Shown one piece after another: positions 18,731 through 27,991 of a stretch of DNA of 64,000 bases. The position numbers and the translations under genes were made by a program. The DNA is from Alphaproteobacteria bacterium (lineage in GTDB: Bacteria; Pseudomonadota; Alphaproteobacteria; Bin95), in NCBI GenBank assembly GCA_964291285.2, contig OZ219786.1, positions 1,216,001 to 1,280,000 of the forward strand. Direction: 5' to 3'. The first letter of the stretch is position 1. Every line of letters begins with the position of its first letter. The notes beneath the pieces are model-generated. The model was not told where the DNA came from and made no database searches. It saw nothing but the letters and a program-made list of their open reading frames with translations.

Positions 18731-20257
18731 ATGCGTAAAATTGCCGGATTTGTGAGAATGGCGGCCCTCGGGCTGCCGGTGCTGTTTGCCGTCTCGGCGG
18801 CCGAGGCGCAGTCGGGGCCGCCGACGGCGGAGCAACTGGCCGCGCAGATCGACGCGCTGAAGCAGGACTACGAAAAGCGCATCGCGGCGCTCGAAGCCCA
18901 GCTTGCCGGGATGAAGGACAAGCCCCCGGCCGCCGGCCAGAAAGCCGCCCCGGCCTCGAAGCCGCCCATGAAGACCGGCGACAACGCCTTCAACCCGGCG
19001 ATCGGCGTCGTCCTCAACGCCATGTTCACGGACCACTCCCTGGCCGGGGAAGAGGGGGTGGGGCTTCCCGGCTTCCAGCTCGGCCATGAGTCCGGACGCC
19101 TGCCGAAGGGCTTCTCGCTCGGCCACAGCGAATTTTCGATGTCGGGCAATATCGACGACAAGTTCCGCGGGGCTCTCGTGCTCGGCCTCGGCGCCCATGA
19201 CGGCGAGACGGAGGTGGAGCTCGAGGAGGCCTATGTCCAGACCCTGGCCGGCTCGGGCCTGCCCGACGGGACACGGATCAAGGCGGGCCGGGCGCTCTGG
19301 ACCTTCGGCTACCTGAACGAGCAGCACGCGCACAGCGACGATTTCGCCGACCGCCCGCTGCCCTACAAGGCGTTCCTGGACGGCGCCTACAACGATGACG
19401 GGCTGGAGCTTTCGGTCGTGCTTCCGGGCGACATCTACAAGGAGGTCGGCGGCGGCCTCTTCCGCGGCGACGACACGCCCTTCGGCGGCTCCGACTCCGG
19501 CCGCGAAGCCTGGTCCGCCTATGCGCGCATCGGCGGCGATGTCGGCAGCAATTCGGCGCTGCGGCTTGGCGCCTACGTCCTCGACGGCGCCGCCCACGGC
19601 CGCTCCGGCGGCGGCCATGACCATGAGCATGAGGAGGGGCACGGGCACGAAGGTGAGGGCGGTGAACCTGAAGGCGACGTGGCAGACAATGGGGGGGAGG
19701 AAGGACACGAGCATGACCATGCCGAGTTCTTCTCCGACGGCATGTTCACGGGCGACACGCGGCTCCTCGGCGTCGATTTCCGCTACACCTGGGCGCCGAC
19801 GGGCAATGCGCGGGACAGCGAGCTGATCCTCCAGGGCGAGTATTTCCGCCGCAGCGAGTCGGGCGACTACGCGCTGGAAGGGGAGCAACACTGCGACGAA
19901 GTAGTAGGACACGACGGAAACGATCCCACAGTCAAAGACCACGAACACGAATGCCACATGGACGAGGGGGAATCTGAGACCCTCAACGGCGACGCCAGCG
20001 GCTGGTATGCGCAGGCGGTGTACAAGTTCCTGCCGCAGTGGCGGGCCGGCGCCCGTTATGCGCGGCTCTCGCCGCCGAGCGATGCGGATCTGGACGGCGA
20101 CCTCTCGACCATCAGCGCCATGCTCGACTGGACCAACAGCGAGTTCGGGCGGGTCCGCTTCCAGTACAACCGCGAAACCTTCGGCGAGATGCGCGACAAC
20201 CAGTTCATCCTGCAATACATCATGAGCCTCGGCGCGCACGCCGCCCACAGCTTCTGA
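18731..20257 (+). CDS. His-rich outer-membrane beta-barrel protein, putative zinc uptake
   Basis: GGAGGA RBS; signal peptide, coiled coil, FNPAIGVVLN, FGYLNEQHAH, C-terminal SLGAHAAHSF. Confidence 0.8.
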   Translation: MRKIAGFVRMAALGLPVLFAVSAAEAQSGPPTAEQLAAQIDALKQDYEKRIAALEAQLAGMKDKPPAAGQKAAPASKPPMKTGDNAFNPAIGVVLNAMFTDHSLAGEEGVGLPGFQLGHESGRLPKGFSLGHSEFSMSGNIDDKFRGALVLGLGAHDGETEVELEEAYVQTLAGSGLPDGTRIKAGRALWTFGYLNEQHAHSDDFADRPLPYKAFLDGAYNDDGLELSVVLPGDIYKEVGGGLFRGDDTPFGGSDSGREAWSAYARIGGDVGSNSALRLGAYVLDGAAHGRSGGGHDHEHEEGHGHEGEGGEPEGDVADNGGEEGHEHDHAEFFSDGMFTGDTRLLGVDFRYTWAPTGNARDSELILQGEYFRRSESGDYALEGEQHCDEVVGHDGNDPTVKDHEHECHMDEGESETLNGDASGWYAQAVYKFLPQWRAGARYARLSPPSDADLDGDLSTISAMLDWTNSEFGRVRFQYNRETFGEMRDNQFILQYIMSLGAHAAHSF

Positions 20258-20266
20258 GCCAGGGAG

Positions 20267-21184
20267 ATGAAGATGAAGCGAACGGCGCTGGCGGCCGCGC
20301 TGGCGGCCGCATTGCTGTCGCCGGCGGCGGCGGACGCGGACGTCCGGATCCTCGCCTGCGAACCGGAATGGGCGGCGCTTGCCGAGGAAATCGGCGGCGA
20401 TGACGTCACCGTCCACTCGGCCACCCACGGCCGGCAGGACGCGCACTACATACGCGCCCGCCCCAGCCTGATCGCGAAGGTGCGCAGCGCGAAGATACTG
20501 TTCTGCTCCGGCGCGGACCTAGAAGTCGGCTGGCTGCCGGTGCTGCTGGAGCGGGGCGCGGGGCGCATCGTGCAGCCCGGCCAGCCGGGGCACATCATGG
20601 CGGCGGACCATGTCGAGGTGCTGGAACGGCCCGCGGTCGTGGACCGGAGCCTCGGAGACATCCACCCGGGCGGGAACCCGCATGTCCATCTCGACCCGCG
20701 CAACATGGCCATTCTTGCCGGGGTGCTGACGGAACGGCTGGAGCGGATCGACCCGGAGCGCGCGAAGGCCTACCGGCAGCGCCTGGCGTCCTTCCAGACC
20801 CGCTGGGCCGAAGCCATGGCCGGCTGGCAGGAGCGCGCGGCGGGACTGCGCGGCATGAAGGTGGTCGTCTATCACAAGGCGTGGGTCTATCTGCTGCGCT
20901 GGGCGGAACTGGAGCGGATTGCGGTGCTGGAGCGGGTTTCGGGCGTCCCGCCGACCGCATCGCACCTCGTCGAGGTTCTCGACCAGGTGCGGGACAGCGG
21001 CGCCAGGGCCATTCTCCGCGCGCCCCACGAGCCCGACGACGCCTCGGAGTGGCTCTCGGGCAAGACCGGCATCCCGGTGGTGGACCTGCCCTTCACGGTC
21101 GGCGGCCGCCCGGAGGCGGCGGACCTCTTCTCCCTGTTCGACAGCACGCTGGCCCTGCTCGAGGAGGCCAGAGATCGATCTTGA
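20267..21184 (+). CDS. Zinc/metal ABC transporter substrate-binding protein (ZnuA-like)
   Basis: ACEPEW, QDAHY, GADLEVGWLP, GDIHPGGNPHVHLDP. Confidence 0.9.
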   Translation: MKMKRTALAAALAAALLSPAAADADVRILACEPEWAALAEEIGGDDVTVHSATHGRQDAHYIRARPSLIAKVRSAKILFCSGADLEVGWLPVLLERGAGRIVQPGQPGHIMAADHVEVLERPAVVDRSLGDIHPGGNPHVHLDPRNMAILAGVLTERLERIDPERAKAYRQRLASFQTRWAEAMAGWQERAAGLRGMKVVVYHKAWVYLLRWAELERIAVLERVSGVPPTASHLVEVLDQVRDSGARAILRAPHEPDDASEWLSGKTGIPVVDLPFTVGGRPEAADLFSLFDSTLALLEEARDRS

Positions 21185-21944
21185 CCTGCTCGATATCCTG
21201 GCGCCCGGCCTTGTCGTCGGGCTGCTGGTCGCGGCCGCCCATGCGCCGCTGGGTATCGAGGTTCTCAAGCGCGGGATCGTGTTCATCGACCTTGCCACCG
21301 CCCAGGTCGTCGGGCTCGCCGTCATCCTGCTCGACCTCTGGCTGGAGGAACCGTCCTGGATCGTGAAGCAGGGCGCGGCGTTCGCGGCCGGCATCGCCAT
21401 CGCGCTGTTCTTTCGCTGGGTCGAGCGCAAGTCGCCGGACGAGCAGGAGGCGGTGATCGGCAGCAGCTTCATCGTCGCCGCCTCGGTGGCCCTGCTGGCG
21501 CTTGCCAACGACCCCCATGGCGGCGAGGCGCTGCGCCATGTGCTGTCCGGCCAGATCCTGTTCGCGTCCTGGCACGACATTGCGGCGTTCCTGCCGATCT
21601 ACGGCCTCTTCGCGGTTCTCTGGCTCGCCGCGCCGCGCCTGCGCGCCGGCGCCGGCTTCTTCGTGCTGTTCGCGCTTGTCGTCACGGCGTCGATGCAGCT
21701 GGTCGGCGTCTATCTGGTGTTCGCAAGCCTCATCCTGCCGGCGCTCGCGGCCCGCTCCGGCAGGGGCTACATCCATTGGCGCGCCTTTGCGAGCGGCGGC
21801 CTGGCCGTCGCCGCGGGCATCTTCATATCGGCGGCCTCCGACCTGCCCGCCGGCCCCCTCCTGGTGGTCTGCTTCGCCGTATCGGCGGCCGGAATGCGGC
21901 TGCTTTACCTGAAGGAGCCGTTGCTGCCCGCTATGCGGCAGTGA
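21174..21944 (+). CDS. Metal ABC transporter permease (ZnuB-like); start codon uncertain
   Basis: HAPLGIEVLKRGIVFIDLA, EAVIG, QLVGVYLVFASLILPA; no in-frame ATG/GTG at the expected start. Confidence 0.82.
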   Translation: MDLDLLDILAPGLVVGLLVAAAHAPLGIEVLKRGIVFIDLATAQVVGLAVILLDLWLEEPSWIVKQGAAFAAGIAIALFFRWVERKSPDEQEAVIGSSFIVAASVALLALANDPHGGEALRHVLSGQILFASWHDIAAFLPIYGLFAVLWLAAPRLRAGAGFFVLFALVVTASMQLVGVYLVFASLILPALAARSGRGYIHWRAFASGGLAVAAGIFISAASDLPAGPLLVVCFAVSAAGMRLLYLKEPLLPAMRQ

Positions 21945-22881
21945 CGGATCGCGGCCCGCCGCTTCGCCTGCGGGCCAGTTCGCGAACGGTTTCGGCGAAG
22001 TACCGGAAGGCGGAAAAGTCCCATGCCGATATGCGGGACACCAGGCCGGCGCGGAAGCGGGCCGTCCCGAACTCGAGCGGCAGGGGCTTGAGGCGAAGTC
22101 CGGGAAGCCTGTCGAGAAAGGTGACGGGAAGCCTGGACAGATACGGCCCCGTGCCCATCAGGGCGAGGCCGGCGGGGCCGGCGCGGACGACGACGCGCAC
22201 ATGTCTGCCGGTCCTGGCGGCGATTTCGTCAAGGAGCCCGGCCAGCGGCGAGCGGCCGTCGTCGTCCCGCGTCCTGGCGGGAGCCTCGCAATCGATCCAG
22301 GGCCATTCCGTCAGGTCGCTGCAGGTCACGTCGCCGGCGTGCAGCGGATGGTCGGACCGGGCGACGATGCGTGACGTCATGTCGAGAAAGCTCTCGCGCC
22401 GGAGGATTGCCGGAAGCTGGCGGTCGATATCGATGCGCCCGCAATGGAGGTCGCTTTCGCCGTTCACGAGCAGCCGGATGCCCTCCAGGAACGTCATGGC
22501 GTGCAGCCTCAGTTCGACATCCGGAAAGGCGTCGTGAAACCGGGCGACGGCCTCGGGCAGCACGGCCTGCATCCAGGTCGGGCCGGCCGTGACCCGAAGG
22601 CCGTTCGTATGGCCTGTCAGCGCCGATCTGATCGTTCCCTCGGCGGTCTCCATCTCGCCCAGGATGTGGCGGGCCTGCTCGGCGACCGTAGCGCCGAATT
22701 CGGTGAGGCGGACGCCCGTCGGGAGCCGTTCGAAGAGCTTCCCGCCAAATGAGGCCTCGAGCCGGGCGATGGCGCGCGAGAGGGCCGGCTGCGTTATCGC
22801 AATCCGGTCCGCCGCGCCCAGAACCGTGCCGGTTTCCGCGACGGCGAGGAATTTCCTGAGGTCGCTGCGCTTTTCGAACAT
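21931..22881 (-). CDS. LysR-family transcriptional regulator
   Basis: LRKFLAVAETG...ITQPALSRAIARLE...LFER HTH. Confidence 0.9.
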   Translation of the reverse strand: MFEKRSDLRKFLAVAETGTVLGAADRIAITQPALSRAIARLEASFGGKLFERLPTGVRLTEFGATVAEQARHILGEMETAEGTIRSALTGHTNGLRVTAGPTWMQAVLPEAVARFHDAFPDVELRLHAMTFLEGIRLLVNGESDLHCGRIDIDRQLPAILRRESFLDMTSRIVARSDHPLHAGDVTCSDLTEWPWIDCEAPARTRDDDGRSPLAGLLDEIAARTGRHVRVVVRAGPAGLALMGTGPYLSRLPVTFLDRLPGLRLKPLPLEFGTARFRAGLVSRISAWDFSAFRYFAETVRELARRRSGGPRSVTAA

Positions 22882-23399
22882 GCCGGTCGTTCTCCTTGCG
22901 GCAGCTCGGGAGTAGGTTCTGACACTAACTTAGGTATATTGATCCGGATAATTAAGGACATAGTTGCCGAAAATTCATAAATATGAATACAATTTCTTGA
23001 TCACACCTGATGTCCATAACATTAACTTTGTTGCCCGATTAGTTTTTCTTGGAATACAGGAAACCCTGTCGTTTCCGCCAGTCTTGTTGAATTCCTACCC
23101 TATGCAGCTCGTGCATGAAAATTCCTTCATCGGCATTTCCTGAAGAGAAATCCGGCTGGTGGTCTTGGGGGCCCGATTTCCCGTTTTACGGGGCCTTCTC
23201 ATGAACAAGATATCGGGCTCGCCATCTCACTGACGTTGCACCGGCGGCCGGGCCTCAAGCCGGGCCATGCCCGGGCGGATGACCGTCGAAACCCGGGCGT
23301 CGGACGCGGCGTTCCACACCGAGATACGCCGCTCGCAGGGCCTCTGGGTCCACCGCAGCTTCATCGCCCGGTAACGCAGGCCGGGCGGCAGTCGGCCCG

Positions 23400-23924
23400 C
23401 TATCCGCTGCGGATTGCCGCCAGGATCGGCGCGATGGCGCGCTCGGCGATGTCCGCCAGCTCTTCCGGTGTGCGGTTCTGGATCGGGTGGTCCACGAACA
23501 CCACGGCCGGGCGCACGCCCATGGCGTCGGCCTGCGCGGCTGCGGCGTCCCGGAACTCGACGGTCGCTATCGCGCAGCCGGGCATCCCCAGGCGGTCGAG
23601 CTCGCTCATGTCATGCAAACTGCACGACGTGCACGAGCCTCAGTCCGCAAGCCCTTCGACAACGATGTCGCAGCGCTCCACGAGGTCCTGGATGACGCCG
23701 CGGGGCGCGGGCTTGGTGTGCGTCGGCTTGGCGAAGCGCAGCACCTTCAGGCCCTGCGCCGCCAGCCGGTCCTCGACGGAGTCGAGAAACTCCACCGAGC
23801 GCTCCTTGCCGATGGAAAGCAGGCCGATGGTGAGCCCGTCGAGACTCTCCGGCGGCACGACGGGCTGGCGCATCGCCGGCTCCGTCTCCGCCGTCGGGTC
23901 CCGCATCGCATAGGGTTCCGTCAT
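23400..23924 (-). CDS. UGSC-family selenoprotein (Sec at UGA 23640-23642)
   Basis: The ORF ending ...VVEGLAD and the downstream ORF are in one frame and join as LAD-U-GSCTSC. Confidence 0.85.
23604..23638 (-). promoter_or_regulatory. Putative bacterial SECIS hairpin
   Basis: Immediately 3' of the UGA: GUCGUGCA-GUU-UGCAUGAC stem-loop with outer GCUC/GAGC pairing. Confidence 0.7.
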
Positions 23925-25369
23925 GTACCGATCTCCTTTGTGACAGGATCGACTTCTCCGGTCATCCGCATTCCGGTCCACCCGCCGATGACCGCCGAGA
24001 ACAGGCCCGCCGGCCCGCCCGCGCGGGCGATCAGGAAGGTGGGCTCGCGGAACTTGTCGATGGTTTCGCTCTCCCGTCCGGGCTCCATCCCCTCGGCAAG
24101 ACCGCCGGCGCCGCGCACGACGTCGCGTCCCGGCCGTTTCAGGGCGGTCCACAGCGCCTCGTGGATTTCCGTGCGGCCCCAGCCCTCGGCCTTGTAGATG
24201 GCGTAATGCTCCGGCGAGAGCACCAGCAGAGCGCCCCCGAACTCGCAGAGCTTCGGGTGGTTCACATGCCAGAGATAGTGCGCGAGCGAGGTGGTCAGCT
24301 CCGCCGCCGTGCGGCTCTTCTGGTCCACGAACCCGCTCACCCCCTCGCCGTGGAACAGGGTGACGGCCGACGCGCCCGGCCGGATGCCGCGGGAGACCGA
24401 GAGCGGCGTCCAGTCCGGGTCGGTCTCGTCCTCGGCGAAGCAGAAGGTGTATTTGCCGGGATTGCCGAGCGCCGCGCGGTCGATCCCGCCCGGCCGGCCG
24501 CCGCCGACATTGCGGATGATGAGCTGGAAGGCCCGGCCGATGGTGGCGTTGGCGCGGTTGCCCTGGCCGAGCGCGTTCAGGCCCCAGTTCATGCCGATGC
24601 GCCGCGCAACGGGGCCGTTCACGACGATCACCGGCCCTGCGAAATGGGTCGTGCAGAGCAGGCCGTGCATGGAGAAGGCCGGTATCAGCGCGGCTTCGAC
24701 CGCCGCCAGCACGGTCGGGAAATACTCCGGCCGGCAGCCGGCCATGACGGCGTTGATGGCCGCCTTCTCCACGGTGCAGGGCGCGAGATTGGGCGGAATC
24801 TCGCCAATGATCTCGTCGGCCGCCCGCGTCGTGCCGGCCAGCATGCGGGCGACGCGCAGGTCGGTCGGCGGCACGATCGGCAGGCCGTCGGTCCAGCCCC
24901 GGTCGAACGCCGCCTCCATCGGGTCGTCATGGTCCTCCACGACGATCCGCCGCGCGGCAAGCGGGATGTCGCCGAACCGTACGGCCAGCCGTTCCGGCAT
25001 CCCGAACTCGACCGACAGCGACCCGCAACCGGGCTGGTTCTCCGGCAGGTCCCCGCCGAGAGTCCCGTTGCCGGTCAAAGCCCGCCATTCGGCCTTGTTC
25101 CAACCGATGGCGCGCGCGGCCTCCCTGCCGCCGCTGAAGCGGATCAGGGTCGGCACGGTCTCGATGTCGAGCCGGTAGGAGAGCTCCAGGTCGCCGTCAT
25201 GCCGGGGCTCCATGCCCTCGGGAAAGGCCGGGTCGTCCTGCGTGACCGCCACGGCCCCCGCGGCCGCCAGTTCCGCCAGCACCGGCGCCACCAGGACGCA
25301 GGTCGGGCAGTCCCGCTTGACCACCGCCAGCAGGCCGTCGGAAGGAAGCACATCGCGCCAGCCTGTCAC
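23921..25369 (-). CDS. Thioredoxin-like CxxC domain fused to a UGSC-associated domain
   Basis: KRDCPTC, GCGS, GWTDGLPIVPPT, TVEKAAINAVMAGC, NRANATIGRA; ATGA coupling to the selenoprotein. Confidence 0.8.
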   Translation of the reverse strand: MTGWRDVLPSDGLLAVVKRDCPTCVLVAPVLAELAAAGAVAVTQDDPAFPEGMEPRHDGDLELSYRLDIETVPTLIRFSGGREAARAIGWNKAEWRALTGNGTLGGDLPENQPGCGSLSVEFGMPERLAVRFGDIPLAARRIVVEDHDDPMEAAFDRGWTDGLPIVPPTDLRVARMLAGTTRAADEIIGEIPPNLAPCTVEKAAINAVMAGCRPEYFPTVLAAVEAALIPAFSMHGLLCTTHFAGPVIVVNGPVARRIGMNWGLNALGQGNRANATIGRAFQLIIRNVGGGRPGGIDRAALGNPGKYTFCFAEDETDPDWTPLSVSRGIRPGASAVTLFHGEGVSGFVDQKSRTAAELTTSLAHYLWHVNHPKLCEFGGALLVLSPEHYAIYKAEGWGRTEIHEALWTALKRPGRDVVRGAGGLAEGMEPGRESETIDKFREPTFLIARAGGPAGLFSAVIGGWTGMRMTGEVDPVTKEIGT

Positions 25370-25462
25370 TCGTCTGTCTCCATGTTCGGCGTGCGCAGTC
25401 TGCACGGAATCCGCGCCGGACTCCAATTTTCGCCGATGGCTTTGACGAAGTGCTTGCCAAGT

Positions 25463-25479
25463 GTATCTGTACACGGTAC
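25463..25479. promoter_or_regulatory. Putative HigA operator
   Basis: Imperfect palindrome GTATCTGTACACGGTAC following TTGCCA, just upstream of higB. Confidence 0.45.
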
Positions 25480-25511
25480 GCTTTGAGGCAAATTCCACAG
25501 CGTCCGGTTGC

Positions 25512-25784
25512 GTGAAGTTTCGACACAAAGGACTGCAAGCGTTTTTCGAGCGGGACGATGCTCGGCGCCTGCCCGGACCTCTCGTTTCGAGGCTTCGGCG
25601 CATCCTGTCCGATCTCGCCGACGCGCGCCAACCGGAGGATATCGACCTGCCAGGATACCGTCTCCATGCCCTGAGGGGCGACCGACGGGGCCAGTGGAGT
25701 ATCCGCGTGTCCGGTAATTGGCGCGTCACCTGCCGCTTCGTCGAAGGGGAGGCCGTCGATATCGATCTGGTCGACTACCATTAG
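25512..25784 (+). CDS. higB: HigB toxin (RelE/ParE family)
   Basis: FRHKGLQAFF...PGYRLHALRGDRRGQWSIRVSGNWRVT...DYH. Confidence 0.9.
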   Translation: MKFRHKGLQAFFERDDARRLPGPLVSRLRRILSDLADARQPEDIDLPGYRLHALRGDRRGQWSIRVSGNWRVTCRFVEGEAVDIDLVDYH

Positions 25785-25796
25785 GGAGAGACGCCA

Positions 25797-26069
25797 ATGA
25801 CCGACGCGATGCTGAACCCGTCCCATCCGGGAGAGACGGTCCGCGACTGCATCGAGGAAATGGGTTGGACGGTGACTTATGCCGCCGGACAGCTGGGTGT
25901 GGCGCGGCATACGCTGTCGCGCCTGCTCAACGGCCATTCGGGCATCTCGCCGTCAATGGCGATTGCCTTGGAGCGGATCGGTTGGAGCAATGCCGGTTTC
26001 TGGATGAGGCGGCAGGCCTCCTGGGACCTGGCGCAGGCAAGACTGCGCGAAAGCACAAGGGCAGCGTGA
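25797..26069 (+). CDS. higA: HigA antitoxin
   Basis: PSHPGE...AAGQLGVARHTLSRLLNG..GISPSMA...FWMRRQ. Confidence 0.9.
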   Translation: MTDAMLNPSHPGETVRDCIEEMGWTVTYAAGQLGVARHTLSRLLNGHSGISPSMAIALERIGWSNAGFWMRRQASWDLAQARLRESTRAA

Positions 26070-26188
26070 CAAGCGGAATTTGCAGCGAGCTTCCCAATAG
26101 CGAAATTCGGTCGCCGCATCCGGGCGTGTTGAGACCGGGCCTTGCTCCGATGCTATTTTCAGCCGGTTTCTGAGCTCGACTTTGTGCA

Positions 26189-27571
26189 TTATGCTGCGAA
26201 GCAGAGGGCGTACTGCATCCGCCTTATCTTGTCGGGCGGAATTATGTTTGGTTCCCGGTGTGGCGGGGAGCGCGATAAATTGTTTCCAAGCCAGAGTTGG
26301 CATCGTATGGCCGCGATTGCATCGGAGAATGTGACGCTGGTTTTCTGGTACCAGGCGGCGGCGTAGGACAGGTGGTTTGTCGAGAGCACGTCTGTGGCCC
26401 AGAGGCAGACGAGGCTGTAGAGCCCGCAGAGGACGGGGGTGGTTCGTGCGATCGCCGCGTGTGACCACTGGCGTTGTGTTTCGAGCCCGAGATGGGCGCG
26501 CAGTTCCTGGAAGGTGACCTCGACCTGCCAGCGCCGCACGAAGGTGGCGATGATCTTGGCCGGCTCCATGTTGGTGTCGGTGCAGAAGAACGCCTGCGGG
26601 TCCCGCTCGCCTTCCGGGTCTCGCACCAGCACCCATCGGATGGCCTTGGGAGGTGTGCCGGGACGATACCAGAGCGCGGTATCGGAGATGATCTGGAGTG
26701 TCTTTTCCTTCGAACTTCCGTACCAGCGCGGAAGCGTGATGCTTGTCCAGCGGGCATCGGGGTCGTCAAGGCGGGTCTGGAGCTTGGGCAGGGGCGGCCC
26801 CTTTTGCCGGGGTCGACCGCGTTTGTTCGGGTCGCGCGGCGGCGGGGGCGCGAAGAGGTTGGCATCGAGCCTCAGCCTGCTGATGAGGGTTGCGCGCTGT
26901 CCGATGCGCCAGGCGAGTTCGTGGGTTCCGAAACTGCTGTCGGCGACGAAGACGATCGCGCGTTGCGGGACCCAGCGAAGGATTTGAAGCATGCCCTGTC
27001 GCGCCCAGTCGGTGAGTTGCTTGTGACGCCGGCCTTGCCTGGCGGCGAAGCGTTCGGACGGGGCCAGGATGGTCAGGAAGGGCAGGGCCCTGATGCCCGG
27101 CGACCAGGGCAGCGGGACAAGCAGCATGAAGCTGAGCCAGCGCAGCCCGCTGGTCTTGACGAAATGGCCATGGCTGGAACGCACCGGGTCGCGATAGATG
27201 CCGCGCGCCTTGATACGCGCGCCCCAGCGGCGCTCGATGGTGTCATCGAGCCCGATGATGATCGGTCCCTGCCCGGCAAGCCGCGCCACCAGCACGAGCA
27301 CGAGCCGGCGTGAAAGGTCACGCGGGTCCCAGCGGGCGCGATTGAGAACCTGATGGTAGGACGAGAATGTCTCGCACATCGCCCGCCCGGTCACCCGCAG
27401 GCAGGCCGACACGGTTCTCTTGCCCGGCGCCAGCAACGCTCCCATGACCAGAACCGCCACCAGCCGCCAGGTCGGGGATGAGAAGGCGCCTCGAAAGGGC
27501 TCCAGCCAGTCGATCAGGAACGGCGGAACCGGATCGCCGATGGCGCTCGAAGGGTCGTCGAAATGTGTCAT
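26189..27571 (-). CDS. IS701-like DDE transposase
   Basis: IGLDDTIERRWG, VADSSFG, RRWQVEVTFQELRAHLG. Confidence 0.9.
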   Translation of the reverse strand: MTHFDDPSSAIGDPVPPFLIDWLEPFRGAFSSPTWRLVAVLVMGALLAPGKRTVSACLRVTGRAMCETFSSYHQVLNRARWDPRDLSRRLVLVLVARLAGQGPIIIGLDDTIERRWGARIKARGIYRDPVRSSHGHFVKTSGLRWLSFMLLVPLPWSPGIRALPFLTILAPSERFAARQGRRHKQLTDWARQGMLQILRWVPQRAIVFVADSSFGTHELAWRIGQRATLISRLRLDANLFAPPPPRDPNKRGRPRQKGPPLPKLQTRLDDPDARWTSITLPRWYGSSKEKTLQIISDTALWYRPGTPPKAIRWVLVRDPEGERDPQAFFCTDTNMEPAKIIATFVRRWQVEVTFQELRAHLGLETQRQWSHAAIARTTPVLCGLYSLVCLWATDVLSTNHLSYAAAWYQKTSVTFSDAIAAIRCQLWLGNNLSRSPPHREPNIIPPDKIRRMQYALCFAA

Positions 27572-27680
27572 GACGACCTTCGAATCCAGAAGCATCCGGC
27601 ATGCAAGGGCGCCCGCATGCGACCGGGTGAATCAGCATCGCTGCAGCGACAGAAGCCATCCAATCCGATATCACTGCTTC

Positions 27681-27968
27681 ATGGCCGCATCCGACCCCTG
27701 TCTGGCGCGCATCGAAGCGTTCAACAAATCCAGGGGCGGGGGCGTGACGGTCACCAGGGTGCGCGGCGGCTACAATCTGTATCTCACGGCCACGCAGGCA
27801 CCGATCGCAAGGCTCCAGCCGAAAGGCTCAGGTGACAAGATGAGGGTGCGCTACTGGTCCTGGCGCCAGTCCTGGCAGGACGTCGGAGACATGGGGGGCA
27901 TCGTGCTCCCGCTCGAACAGGCCCTCGACGAAATCGCCAAAAACGAGATCTTCTGGACATGGACGTGA
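27681..27968 (+). CDS. Small hypothetical passenger protein
   Basis: 95-aa Trp-rich ORF inside the IRs, ending LEQALDEIAKNEIFWTWT. Confidence 0.7.
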   Translation: MAASDPCLARIEAFNKSRGGGVTVTRVRGGYNLYLTATQAPIARLQPKGSGDKMRVRYWSWRQSWQDVGDMGGIVLPLEQALDEIAKNEIFWTWT

Positions 27969-27991
27969 GGTAATTTTGTACAAAGTCGAGC

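Larger units (their letters stand above)
26175..27990 (-). mobile_element. IS701-like element carrying a passenger gene
   Basis: IRs CTCGACTTTGT(G/A)CA at both ends; flanks CTGAG and CTTAG. Confidence 0.82.
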
